Shown: piece by piece, positions 1 through 12,700 of the stretch
Position numbering within the stretch: the first letter of the stretch is position 1
Layout of the letters: each line of letters begins with the position of its first letter
NCBI GenBank assembly: GCA_964016885.1
Contig: OZ024743.1
Coordinates: 212,226,001 to 212,290,000, forward strand
Direction: 5' to 3'
Length of the DNA stretch: 64,000 nucleotides
From: Eledone cirrhosa
Taxonomy: Eukaryota
Notes under the pieces: model-generated
What the model saw: only the letters and a program-made list of their open reading frames with translations
Databases searched by the model: none
What the model was told of the DNA's origin: nothing
Position numbers and translations under genes: made by a program

Positions 1-196
1 GAAGATCACACCACACACAGCCAATGAGTGTCTGCACATGTACCAGTAATTACAGATGGATCCCACCACGGGCGGCCGGCCCACAATCGAAAAGGTTACT
101 CCGCCTGCAAATCGTCATTTTCGGATTCGTTTTCTTCGAAGCACACCATTCGCCGGCGGACTTCAGCTGCCTCATTTAGCATGGGCAGTTTTTCTT
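1..196. repeat. Representative type A monomer (196 bp, most abundant)
   Basis: Diagnostic GATGGATCCC, CCCACAATCGAAAAGGTTAC and TTTTCGGATTCG, with a 33-bp tail CAGCTGCCTCATTTAGCATG(G/A)GCAGTTTTTCTT. Hand count gives 100/196 G+C and 12 CpG. Confidence 0.97.
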
Positions 197-593
197 GAAG
201 ATCACACCACACACAGCCAATGAGTGTCTGCACATGTACCAGTAATTAGAGATCGATCCGACCACGGGCGGCCGGCCCACGATCGAGAAAAAGGTAACTC
301 CGCCGGCAAATCGTCATTTTTGTGATCCGTTTTCTTCGAAGCACACCATTCGCCGCCGGACTTCAGCTGCCTCATTTAGCATGGGCAGTTTTTTTTGAAA
401 ATCACACCACACACAACCAATGTGTGTCTGCACATGTACCAGTAATTACAGATCGATCCGACCACGGGCGGCCGGCCCGCGATTGAAAAGGTAACTCCGC
501 CGGCAAATCGTCATTTTTGTGATTCGTTTTCTTCGAAGCACACCATTCGCCGCCGGACTTCAGCTGCCTCATTTAGCATGGGCAGTTTTTTTT
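197..593. repeat. Representative type B (197-396, 200 bp) and type C (397-593, 197 bp) monomers
   Basis: B has TTAGAGATCGATCCG and CCCACGATCGAGAAAAAGGTAAC. C has CCCGCGATTGAAAAGGTAAC and TTTTTGTGATTCG. Both end in a T8 tract. They usually occur as B-C immediately before D. Confidence 0.95.
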
Positions 594-3350
594 GAAAATC
601 ACACCACACACAACCAATGTGTGTCTGCACATGTACCAGTAATTACAGATCGATCCCACCACGAGTTCAATGTAAACAAACTTACGCTAAACTACTTTGT
701 TGACGTTTAACACGGTTTGGTTCCACAGCCACAACTATTGATTTTACGGAGATATCTTGCTGAAATTCACGCCACACATAGCCAATGAGTGTCTGCACAT
801 GTGTCAGTAATTACAGATCGATCCGACCACGGACGGCCGGCCCGCGATTGAAAAGGTAACTCCTCCGGCAAATCGTCATTTTTGGATTCGTTTTCTTCGA
901 AGCACACCATTCGCCGGCGGACTTTGTTGACGTTTAACACGGTTTGGTTCCACAGCCACAACTATTGATTTTAAGGAGATATCTTGCTGAAATTCACGCC
1001 ACACATAGCCAATGAGTGTCTGCACATGTACCAGTAATTACAGATGGATCCCACCACGGGCGGCCGGCCCACAATCGAAAAGGTTACTCCGCCTGCAAAT
1101 CGTCATTTTCGGATTCGTTTTCTTCGAAGCACACCATTCGCCGGCGGACTTCAGCTGCCTCATTTAGCATGAGCAGTTTTTCTTGAAGATCACACCACAC
1201 ACAGCCAATGAGTGTCTGCACATGTACCAGTAATTACAGATGGATCCCACCACGGGCGGCCGGCCCACAATCGAAAAGGTTACTCCGCCTGCAAATCGTC
1301 ATTTTCGGATTCGTTTTCTTCGAAGCACACCATTCGCCGGCGGACTTCAGCTGCCTCATTTAGCATGAGCAGTTTTTCTTGAAGATCACACCACACATAG
1401 CCAATGAGTGTCTGCACATGTACCAGTAATTACAGATGGATCCCACCACGGGCGGCCGGCCCACAATCGAAAAGGTTACTCCGCCTGCAAATCGTCATTT
1501 TCGGATTCGTTTTCTTCGAAGCACACCATTCGCCGGCGGACTTCAGCTGCCTCATTTAGCATGGGCAGTTTTTCTTGAAGATCACACCACACACAGCCAA
1601 TGAGTGTCTGCACATGTACCAGTAATTACAGATGGATCCCACCACGGGCGGCCGGCCCACAATCGAAAAGGTTACTCCGCCTGCAAATCGTCATTTTCGG
1701 ATTCGTTTTCTTCGAAGCACACCATTCGCCGGCGGACTTCAGCTGCCTCATTTAGCATGGGCAGTTTTTCTTGAAGATCACACCACACACAGCCAATGAG
1801 TGTCTGCACATGTACCAGTAATTAGAGATCGATCCGACCACGGGCGGCCGGCCCACGATCGAGAAAAAGGTAACTCCGCCGGCAAATCGTCATTTTTGTG
1901 ATCCGTTTTCTTCGAAGCACACCATTCGCCGCCGGACTTCAGCTGCCTCATTTAGCATGGGCAGTTTTTTTTGAAAATCACACCACACACAACCAATGTG
2001 TGTCTGCACATGTACCAGTAATTACAGATCGATCCGACCACGGGCGGCCGGCCCGCGATTGAAAAGGTAACTCCGCCGGCAAATCGTCATTTTTGTGATT
2101 CGTTTTCTTCGAAGCACACCATTCGCCGCCGGACTTCAGCTGCCTCATTTAGCATGAGCAGTTTTTCTTGAAGATCACACCACACACAGCCAATGAGTGT
2201 CTGCACATGTACCAGTAATTACAGATGGATCCCCCCACGGGCGGCCGGCCCACAATCGAAAAGGTTACTCCGCCTGCAAATCGTCATTTTCGGATTCGTT
2301 TTCTTCGAAGCACACCATTCGCCGGCGGACTTCAGCTGCCTCATTTAGCATGAGCAGTTTTTCTTGAAGATCACACCACACACAGCCAATGAATGTCTGC
2401 ACATGTACCAGTAATTACAGATGGATCCCACCACGGGCGGCCGGCCCACAATCGAAAAGGTTACTCCGCCTGCAAATCGTCATTTTCGGATTCGTTTTCT
2501 TCGAAGCACACCATTCGCCGCCGGACTTCAGCTGCCTCATTTAGCATGGGCAGTTTTTCTTGAAGATCACATCACACACAGCCAATGAGTGTCTGCACAT
2601 GTACCAGTAATTACAGATGGATCCCACCACGGGCGGCCGGCCCACAATCGAAAAGGTTACTCCGCCTGCAAATCGTCATTTTCGGATTCGTTTTCTTCGA
2701 AGCACACCATTCGCCGGCGGACTTCAGCTGCCTCATTTAGCATGAGCAGTTTTTCTTGAAGATCACACCACACACAGCCAATGAGTGTCTGCACATGTAC
2801 CAGTAATTACAGATGGATCCCACCACGGGCGGCCGGCCCACAATCGAAAAGGTTACTCCGCATGCAAATCGTCATTTTCGGATTCGTTTTCTTCGAAGCA
2901 CACCATTCGCCGGCGGACTTCAGCTGCCTCATTTAGCATGGGCAGTTTTTCTTGAAGATCACACCACACACAGTCAATGAGTGTCTGCACATGTACCAGT
3001 AATTAGAGATCGATCCGACCACGGGCGGCCGGCCCACGATCGAGAAAAAGGTAACTCCGCCGGCAAATCGTCATTTTTGTGATCCGTTTTCTTCGAAGCA
3101 CACCATTCGCCGCCGGACTTCAGCTGCCTCATTTAGCATGGGCAGTTTTTTTTGAAAATCACACCACACACAACCAATGTGTGTCTGCACATGTACCAGT
3201 AATTACAGATCGATCCGACCATGGGCGGCCGGCCCGCGATTGAAAAGGTAACTCCGCCGGCAAATCGTCATTTTTGTGATTCGTTTTCTTCGAAGCACAC
3301 CATTCGCCGCCGGACTTCAGCTGCCTCATTTAGCATGGGCAGTTTTTTTT

Positions 3351-3745
3351 GAAAATCACACCACACACAACCAATGTGTGTCTGCACATGTACCAGTAAT
3401 TACAGATCGATCCCACCACGAGTTCAATGTAAACAAACTTACGCTCAACGACTTTGTTGACGTTTAACACGGTTTGGTTCCACAGCCACAACTATTGATT
3501 TTACGGAGATATCTTGCTGAAATTCACGCCACACATAGCCAATGAGTGTCTGCACATGTACCAGTAATTACAGATCGATCCGACCACGGACGGCCGGCCC
3601 GCGATTGAAAAGGTAACTCCGCCGGCAAATCGTCATTTTTGGATTCGTTTTCTTCGAAGCACACCATTCGCCGGCGGACTTTGTTGACGTTTAACACGGT
3701 TTGGTTCCACAGCCACAACTATTGATTTTAAGGAGATATCTTGCT
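3351..3745. repeat. Representative type D (3351-3518, 168 bp) and type E (3519-3745, 227 bp) monomers
   Basis: D = 70-bp shared head + 29-bp unique AGTTCAATGTAAACAAACTTACGCTCAAC + GACTT + 64-bp alternative tail. E = 163-bp shared head/body + the same 64-bp tail (TGTTGACGTTTAACACGG...GATATCTTGCT). Confidence 0.95.
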
Positions 3746-6700
3746 GAAATTCACGCCACACATAGCCAATGAGTGTCTGCACATGTACCATTAATTACAG
3801 ATGGATCCCACCACGGGCGGCCGGCCCACAATCGAAACGGTTACTCCGCCTGCAAATCGTCATTTTCGGATTCGTTTTCTTCGAAGCACACCATTCGCCG
3901 GCGGACTTCAGCTGCCTCATTTAGCATGAGCAGTTTTTCTTGAAGATCACACCACACACAGCCAATGAGTGTCTGCACATGTACCAGTAATTACAGATGG
4001 ATCCCACCACGGGCGGCCGGCCCACAATCGAAAAGGTTACTCCGCCTGCAAATCGTCATTTTCGGATTCGTTTTCTTCGAAGCACACCATTCGCCGGCGG
4101 ACTTCAGCTGCCTCATTTAGCATGAGCAGTTTTTCTTGAAGATCACACCACACACAGCCAATGAGTGTCTGCACATGTACCAGTAATTACAGATGGATCC
4201 CACCACGGGCGTCCGGCCCACAATCGAAAAGGTTACTCCGCCTGCAAATCGTCATTTTCGGATTCGTTTTCTTCGAAGCACACCATTCGCCGGCGGACTT
4301 CAGCTGCCTCATTTAGCATGAGCAGTTTTTCTTGAAGATCACACCACACATAGCCAATGAGTGTCTGCACATGTACCAGTAATTAGAGATCGATCCGACC
4401 ACGGGCGGCCGGCCCGCGATTGAAAAGGTAACTCCGCCGGCAAATCGTCATTTTTGTGATTCGTTTTCTTCGAAGCACACCATTCGCCGCCGGACTTCAG
4501 CTGCCTCATTTAGCATGGGCAGTTTTTTTTGAAAATCACACCACACACAACCAATGTGTGTCTGCACATGTACCAGTAATTACAGATCGATCCCACCACG
4601 AGTTCAATGTAAACAAACTTACGCTCAACGACTTTGTTGACGTTTAACACGGTTTGGTTCCACAGCCACAACTATTGATTTTACGGAGATATCTTGCTGA
4701 AATTCACGCCACACATAGCCAATGAGAGTCTGCACATGTACCAGTAATTACAGATCGATCCGACCAGGGGCGGCCGGCCCGCGATTGAAAAGGTAACTCC
4801 GCCGGCAAATCGTCATTTTTGGATTCGTTTTCTTCGAAGCACACCATTCGCCGGCGGACTTTGTTGACGTTTAACACGGTTTGGTTCCACAGCCACAACT
4901 ATTGATTTTACGGAGATATCTTGCTGAAATTCACGCCACACATAGCCAATGAGTGTCTGCACATGTAGCAGTAATGACAGATCGATCCGACCACGGATGG
5001 CCGGCCCGCGATTGAAAAGGTAACTCCGCCGGCAAATCGTCATTTTTGGATTCGTTTTCTTCGAAGCACACCATTCGCCGGCGTACTTTGTTGACGTTTA
5101 ACACGGTTTGGTTCCACAGCCACAACTATTGATTTTAAGGAGATATCTTGCTGAAGTTCACGCCACTCATAGCCAATGAGTGTCTGCACATGTACCAGTA
5201 ATTACAGATGGATCCCACCACGGGCGGCCGGCCCACAATCGAAAAGGTTACTCCGCCTGCAAATCGTCATTTTCGGATTCGTTTTCTTCGAAGCACACCA
5301 TTCGCCGGCGGACTTCAGCTGCCTCATTTAGCATGAGCAGTTTTTCTTGAAGATCACACCACACACAGCCAATGAGTGTCTGCACATGTACCAGTAATTA
5401 CAGATGGATCCCACCACGGGCGGCCGGCCCACAATCGAAAAGGTTACTCCGCATGCAAATCGTCATTTTCGGATTCGTTTTCTTCGAAGCACACCATTCG
5501 CCGGCGGACTTCAGCTGCCTCATTTAGCATGGGCAGTTTTTCTTGAAGATCACACCACACACAGCCAATGAGTGTCTGCACATGTACCAGTAATTAGAGA
5601 TCGATCCGACCACGGGCGGCCGGCCCACGATCGAGAAAAAGGTAACTCCGCCGGCAAATCGTCATTTTTGTGATCCGTTTTCTTCGAAGCACACCATTCG
5701 CCGCCGGACTTCAGCTGCCTCATTTAGCATGGGCAGTTTTTTTTGAAAATCACACCACACACAACCAATGTGTGTCTGCACATGTACCAGTAATTACAGA
5801 TCGATCCGACCACGGGCGGCCGGCCCGCGATTGAAAAGGTAACTCCGCCGGCAAATCGTCATTTTTGTGATTCGTTTTCTTCGAAGCACACCATTCGCCG
5901 CCGGACTTCAGCTGCCTCATTTAGCATGGGCAGTTTTTTTTGAAAATCACACCACACACAACCAATGTGTGTCTGCACATGTACCAGTAATTACAGATCG
6001 ATCCCACCACGAGTTCAATGTAAACAAACTTACGCTAAACTACTTTGTTGACGTTTAACACGGTTTGGTTCCACAGCCACAACTATTGATTTTACGGAGA
6101 TATCTTGCTGAAATTCACGCCACACATAGCCAATGAGTGTCTGCACATGTGTCAGTAATTACAGATCGATCCGACCACGGACGGCCGGCCCGCGATTGAA
6201 AAGGTAACTCCGCCGGCAAATCGTCATTTTTGGATTCGTTTTCTTCGAAGCACACCATTCGCCGGCGGACTTTGTTGACGTTTAACACGGTTTGGTTCCA
6301 CAGCCACAACTATTGATTTTAAGGAGATATCTTGCTGAAATTCACGCCACACATAGCCAATGAGTGTCTGCACATGTACCAGTAATTACAGATGGATCCC
6401 ACCACGGGCGGCCGGCCCACAATCGAAAAGGTTACTCCGCCTGCAAATCGTCATTTTCGGATTCGTTTTCTTCGAAGCACACCATTCGCCGGCGGACTTC
6501 AGCTGCCTCATTTAGCATGAGCAGTTTTTCTTGAAGATCACACCACACACAGCCAATGAGTGTCTGCACATGTACCAGTAATTACAGATGGATCCCACCA
6601 CGGGCGGCCGGCCCACAATCGAAAAGGTTACTCCGCCTGCAAATCGTCATTTTCGGATTCGTTTTCTTCGAAGCACACCATTCGCCGGCGGACTTCAGCT

Positions 6701-9700
6701 GCCTCATTTAGCATGAGCAGTTTTTCTTGAAGATCACACCACACATAGCCAATGAGTGTCTGCACATGTACCAGTAATTACAGATGGATCCCACCACGGG
6801 CGGCCGGCCCACAATCGAAAAGGTTACTCCGCCTGCAAATCGTCATTTTCGGATTCGTTTTCTTCGAAGCACACCATTCGCCGGCGGACTTCAGCTGCCT
6901 CATTTAGCATGGGCAGTTTTTCTTGAAGATCACACCACACACAGCCAATGAGTGTCTGCACATGTACCAGTAATTACAGATGGATCCCACCACGGGCGGC
7001 CGGCCCACAATCGAAAAGGTTACTCCGCCTGCAAATCGTCATTTTCGGATTCGTTTTCTTCGAAGCACACCATTCGCCGGCGGACTTCAGCTGCCTCATT
7101 TAGCATGGGCAGTTTTTCTTGAAGATCACACCACACACAGCCAATGAGTGTCTGCACATGTACCAGTAATTAGAGATCGATCCGACCACGGGCGGCCGGC
7201 CCACGATCGAGAAAAAGGTAACTCCGCCGGCAAATCGTCATTTTTGTGATCCGTTTTCTTCGAAGCACACCATTCGCCGCCGGACTTCAGCTGCCTCATT
7301 TAGCATGGGCAGTTTTTTTTGAAAATCACACCACACACAACCAATGTGTGTCTGCACATGTACCTGTAATTACAGATGGATCCCACCACGGGCGGCCGGC
7401 CCACAATCGAAAAGGTTACTCCGCCTGCAAATCGTCATTTTCGGATTCGTTTTCTTCGAAGCACACCATTCGCCGGCGGACTTCAGCTGCCTCATTTAGC
7501 ATGGGCAGTTTTTCTTGAAGATCACACCACACACAGCCAATGAGTGTCTGCACATGTACCAGTAATTACAGATGGATCCCACCACGGGCGGCCGGCCCAC
7601 AATCGAAAAGGTTACTCCGCCTGCAAATCGTCATTTTCGGATTCGTTTTCTTCGAAGCACACCATTCGCCGGCGGACTTCAGCTGCCTCATTTAGCATGG
7701 GCAGTTTTTCTTGAAGATCACACCACACACAGCCAATGAGTGTCTGCACATGTACCAGTAAATAGAGATCGATCCGACCACGGGCGGCCGGCCCACGATC
7801 GAGAAAAAGGTAACTCCGCCGGCAAATCGTCATTTTTGTGATCCGTTTTCTTCGAAGCACACCATTCGCCGCCGGACTTCAGCTGCCTCATTTAGCATGG
7901 GCAGTTTTTTTTGAAAATCACACCACACACAACCAATGTGTGTCTGCACATGTACCAGTAATTACAGATCGATCCGACCACGGGCGGCCGGCCCGCGATT
8001 GAAAAGGTAACTCCGCCGGCAAATCGTCATTTTTGTGATTCGTTTTCTTCGAAGCACACCATTCGCCGCCGGACTTCAGCTGCCTCATTTAGCATGGGCA
8101 GTTTTTTTTGAAAATCACACCACACACAACCAATGTGTGTCTGCACATGTACCAGTAATTACAGATCGATCCCACCACGAGTTCAATGTAAACAAACTTA
8201 CGCTCAACGACTTTGTTGACGTTTAACACGGTTTGGTTCCACAGCCACAACTATTGATTTTACGGAGATATCTTGCTGAAATTCACGCCACACATAGCCA
8301 ATGAGAGTCTGCACATGTACCAGTAATTACAGATCGATCCGACCAGGGGCGGCCGGCCCGCGATTGAAAAGGTAACTCCGCCGGCAAATCGTCATTTTTG
8401 GATTCGTTTTCTTCGAAGCACACCATTCGCCGGCGGACTTTGTTGACGTTTAACACGGTTTGGTTCCACAGCCACAACTATTGATTTTACGGAGATATCT
8501 TGCTGAAATTCATGCCACACATAGCCAATGAGTGTCTGCACATGTAGCAGTAATGACAGATCGATCCGACCACGGATGGCCGGCCCGCGATTGAAAAGGT
8601 AACTCCGCCGGCAAATCGTCATTTTTGGATTCGTTTTCTTCGAAGCACACCATTCGCCGGCGTACTTTGTTGACGTTTAACACGGTTTGGTTCCACAGCC
8701 ACAACTATTGATTTTAAGGAGATATCTTGCTGAAGTTCACGCCACTCATAGCCAATGAGTGTCTGCACATGTACCAGTAATTACAGATGGATCCCACCAC
8801 GGGCGGCCGGCCCACAATCGAAAAGGTTACTCCGCCTGCAAATCGTCATTTTCGGATTCGTTTTCTTCGAAGCACACCATTCGCCGGCGGACTTCAGCTG
8901 CCTCATTTAGCATGAGCAGTTTTTCTTGAAGATCACACCACACACAGCCAATGAGTGTCTGCACATGTACCAGTAATTACAGATGGATCCCACCACGGGC
9001 GGCCGGCCCACAATCGAAAAGGTTACTCCGCATGCAAATCGTCATTTTCGGATTCGTTTTCTTCGAAGCACACCATTCGCCGGCGGACTTCAGCTGCCTC
9101 ATTTAGCATGGGCAGTTTTTCTTGAAGATCACACCACACACAGCCAATGAGTGTCTGCACATGTACCAGTAATTAGAGATCGATCCGACCACGGGCGGCC
9201 GGCCCACGATCGAGAAAAAGGTAACTCCGCCGGCAAATCGTCATTTTTGTGATCCGTTTTCTTCGAAGCACACCATTCGCCGCCGGACTTCAGCTGCCTC
9301 ATTTAGCATGGGCAGTTTTTTTTGAAAATCACACCACACACAACCAATGTGTGTCTGCACATGTACCAGTAATTACAGATCGATCCGACCACGGGCGGCC
9401 GGCCCGCGATTGAAAAGGTAACTCCGCCGGCAAATCGTCATTTTTGTGATTCGTTTTCTTCGAAGCACACCATTCGCCGCCGGACTTCAGCTGCCTCATT
9501 TAGCATGGGCAGTTTTTTTTGAAAATCACACCACACACAACCAATGTGTGTCTGCACATGTACCAGTAATTACAGATCGATCCCACCACGAGTTCAATGT
9601 AAACAAACTTACGCTCAACGACTTTGTTGACGTTTAACACGGTTTGGTTCCACAGCCACAACTATTGATTTTACGGAGATATCTTGCTGAAATTCACGCC

Positions 9701-12700
9701 ACACATAGCCAATGAGTGTCTGCACATGTACCAGTAATTACAGATCGATCCGACCACGGACGGCCGGCCCGCGATTGAAAAGGTAACTCCGCCGGCAAAT
9801 CGTCATTTTTGGATTCGTTTTCTTCGAAGCACACCATTCGCCGGCGGACTTTGTTGACGTTTAACACGGTTTGGTTCCACAGCCACAACTATTGATTTTA
9901 AGGAGATATCTTGCTGAAATTCACGCCACACATAGCCAATGAGTGTCTGCACATGTACCATTAATTACAGATGGATCCCACCACGGGCGGCCGGCCCACA
10001 ATCGAAACGGTTACTCCGCCTGCAAATCGTCATTTTCGGATTCGTTTTCTTCGAAGCACACCATTCGCCGGCGGACTTCAGCTGCCTCATTTAGCATGAG
10101 CAGTTTTTCTTGAAGATCACACCACACACAGCCAATGAGTGTCTGCACATGTACCAGTAATTACAGATGGATCCCACCACGGGCGGCCGGCCCACAATCG
10201 AAAAGGTTACTCCGCCTGCAAATCGTCATTTTCGGATTCGTTTTCTTCGAAGCACACCATTCGCCGGCGGACTTCAGCTGCCTCATTTAGCATGAGCAGT
10301 TTTTCTTGAAGATCACACCACACACAGCCAATGAGTGTCTGCACATGTACCAGTAATTACAGATGGATCCCACCACGGGCGTCCGGCCCACAATCGAAAA
10401 GGTTACTCCGCCTGCAAATCGTCATTTTCGGATTCGTTTTCTTCGAAGCACACCATTCGCCGGCGGACTTCAGCTGCCTCATTTAGCATGAGCAGTTTTT
10501 CTTGAAGATCACACCACACATAGCCAATGAGTGTCTGCACATGTACCAGTAATTAGAGATCGATCCGACCACGGGCGGCCGGCCCGCGATTGAAAAGGTA
10601 ACTCCGCCGGCAAATCGTCATTTTTGTGATTCGTTTTCTTCGAAGCACACCATTCGCCGCCGGACTTCAGCTGCCTCATTTAGCATGGGCAGTTTTTTTT
10701 GAAAATCACACCACACACAACCAATGTGTGTCTGCACATGTACCAGTAATTACAGATCGATCCCACCACGAGTTCAATGTAAACAAACTTACGCTCAACG
10801 ACTTTGTTGACGTTTAACACGGTTTGGTTCCACAGCCACAACTATTGATTTTACGGAGATATCTTGCTGAAATTCACGCCACACATAGCCAATGAGTGTC
10901 TGCACATGTATCAGTAATTACAGATCGATCCGACCACGCACGGCCGGCCCGCGATTGAAAAGGTAACTCCGCCGGCAAATCGTCATTTTTGGATTCGTTT
11001 TCTTCGAAGCACACCATTCGCCGGCGGACTTTGTTGACGTTTAACACGGTTTGGTTCCACAGCCACAACTATTGATTTTAAGTAGATATCTTGCTGAAAT
11101 TCACGCCACACATAGCCAATGAGTGTCTGCACATGTACCAGTAATTACAGATGGATCCCACCACGGGCGGCCGGCCCACAATCGAAAAGGTTACTCCGCC
11201 TGCAAATCGTCATTTTCGGATTCGTTTTCTTCGAAGCACACCATTCGCCGGCGGACTTCAGCTGCCTCATTTAGCATGAGCAGTTTTTCTTGAAGATCAC
11301 ACCACACACAGCCAATGAGTGTCTGCACATGTACCAGTAATTAGAGATCGATCCGACCACGGGCGGCCGGCCCACGATCGAGAAAAAGGTAACTCCGCCG
11401 GCAAATCGTCATTTTTGTGATCCGTTTTCTTCGAAGCACACCATTCGCCGCCGGACTTCACCTGCCTCATTTAGCATGGGCAGTTTTTTTTGAAAATCAC
11501 ACCACACACAACCAATGTGTGTCTGCACATGTACCAGTAATTACAGATCGATCCCACCACGGGCGGCCGGCCCACAATCGAAAAGGTTACTCCGCCTGCA
11601 AATCGTCATTTTCGGATTCGTTTTCTTCGAAGCATACCATTCGCCGGCGGACTTCAGCTGCCTCATTTAGCATGAGCAGTTTTTCTTGAAGATCACACCA
11701 CACACAGCCAATGAGTGTCTGCACATGTACCAGTAATTACAGATGGATCCCACCACGGGCGGCCGGCCCACAATCGAAAAGGTTACTCCGCCTGCAAATC
11801 GTCATTTTCGGATTCGTTTTCTTCGAAGCACACCATTCGCCGGCGGACTTCAGCTGCCTCATTTAGCATGAGCAGTTTTTCTTGAAGATCACACCACACA
11901 CAGCCAATGAGTGTCTGCACATGTACCAGTAATTACAGATGGATCCCACCACGGGCGGCCGGCCCACAATCGAAAAGGTTACTCCGCCTGCAAATCGTCA
12001 TTTTCGGATTCGTTTTCTTCGAAGCACACCATTCGCCGGCGGACTTCAGCTGCCTCATTTAGCATGGGCAGTTTTTCTTGAAGATCACACCACACACAGC
12101 CAATGAGTGTCTGCACATGTACCAGTAATTAGAGATCGATCCGACCACGGGCGGCCGGCCCACGATCGAGAAAAAGGTAACTCCGCCGGCAAATCGTCAT
12201 TTTTGTGATCCGTTTTCTTCGAAGCACACCATTCGCCGCCGGACTTCAGCTGCCTCATTTAGCATGGGCAGTTTTTTTTGAAAATCACACCACACACAAC
12301 CAATGTGTGTCTGCACATGTACCAGTAATTACAGATCGATCCGACCACGGGCGGCCGGCCCGCGATTGAAAAGGTAACTCCGCCGGCAAATCGTCATTTT
12401 TGTGATTCGTTTTCTTCGAAGCACACCATTCGCCGCCGGACTTCAGCTGCCTCATTTAGCATGGGCAGTTTTTTTTGAAAATCACACCACACACAACCAA
12501 TGTGTGTCTGCACATGTACCAGTAATTACAGATCGATCCCACCACGAGTTCAATGTAAACAAACTTACGCTAAACTACTTTGTTGACGTTTAACACGGTT
12601 TGGTTCCACAGCCACAACTATTGATTTTACGGAGATATCTTGCTGAAATTCACGCCACACATAGCCAATGAGTGTCTGCACATGTGTCAGTAATTACAGA

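Noticed and set aside
125-141. CENP-B box-like ATTCGTTTTCTTCGAAG
   Set aside because: Only 6 of the 9 essential positions of TTCG-N4-A-N2-CGGG match.
1-196. Hammerhead ribozyme in the satellite monomer (as in newt, schistosome or cricket satellites)
   Set aside because: No CUGANGA core on either strand of any monomer type; the closest are CTGAAGT and CTGAAAT.
1-988. Tandem 5S rRNA, tRNA, snRNA or spliced-leader RNA genes
   Set aside because: No recognisable 5S or snRNA sequence, no cloverleaf, and no complete A/B box pair. GAGTTCAATGT in D is only a partial B box.
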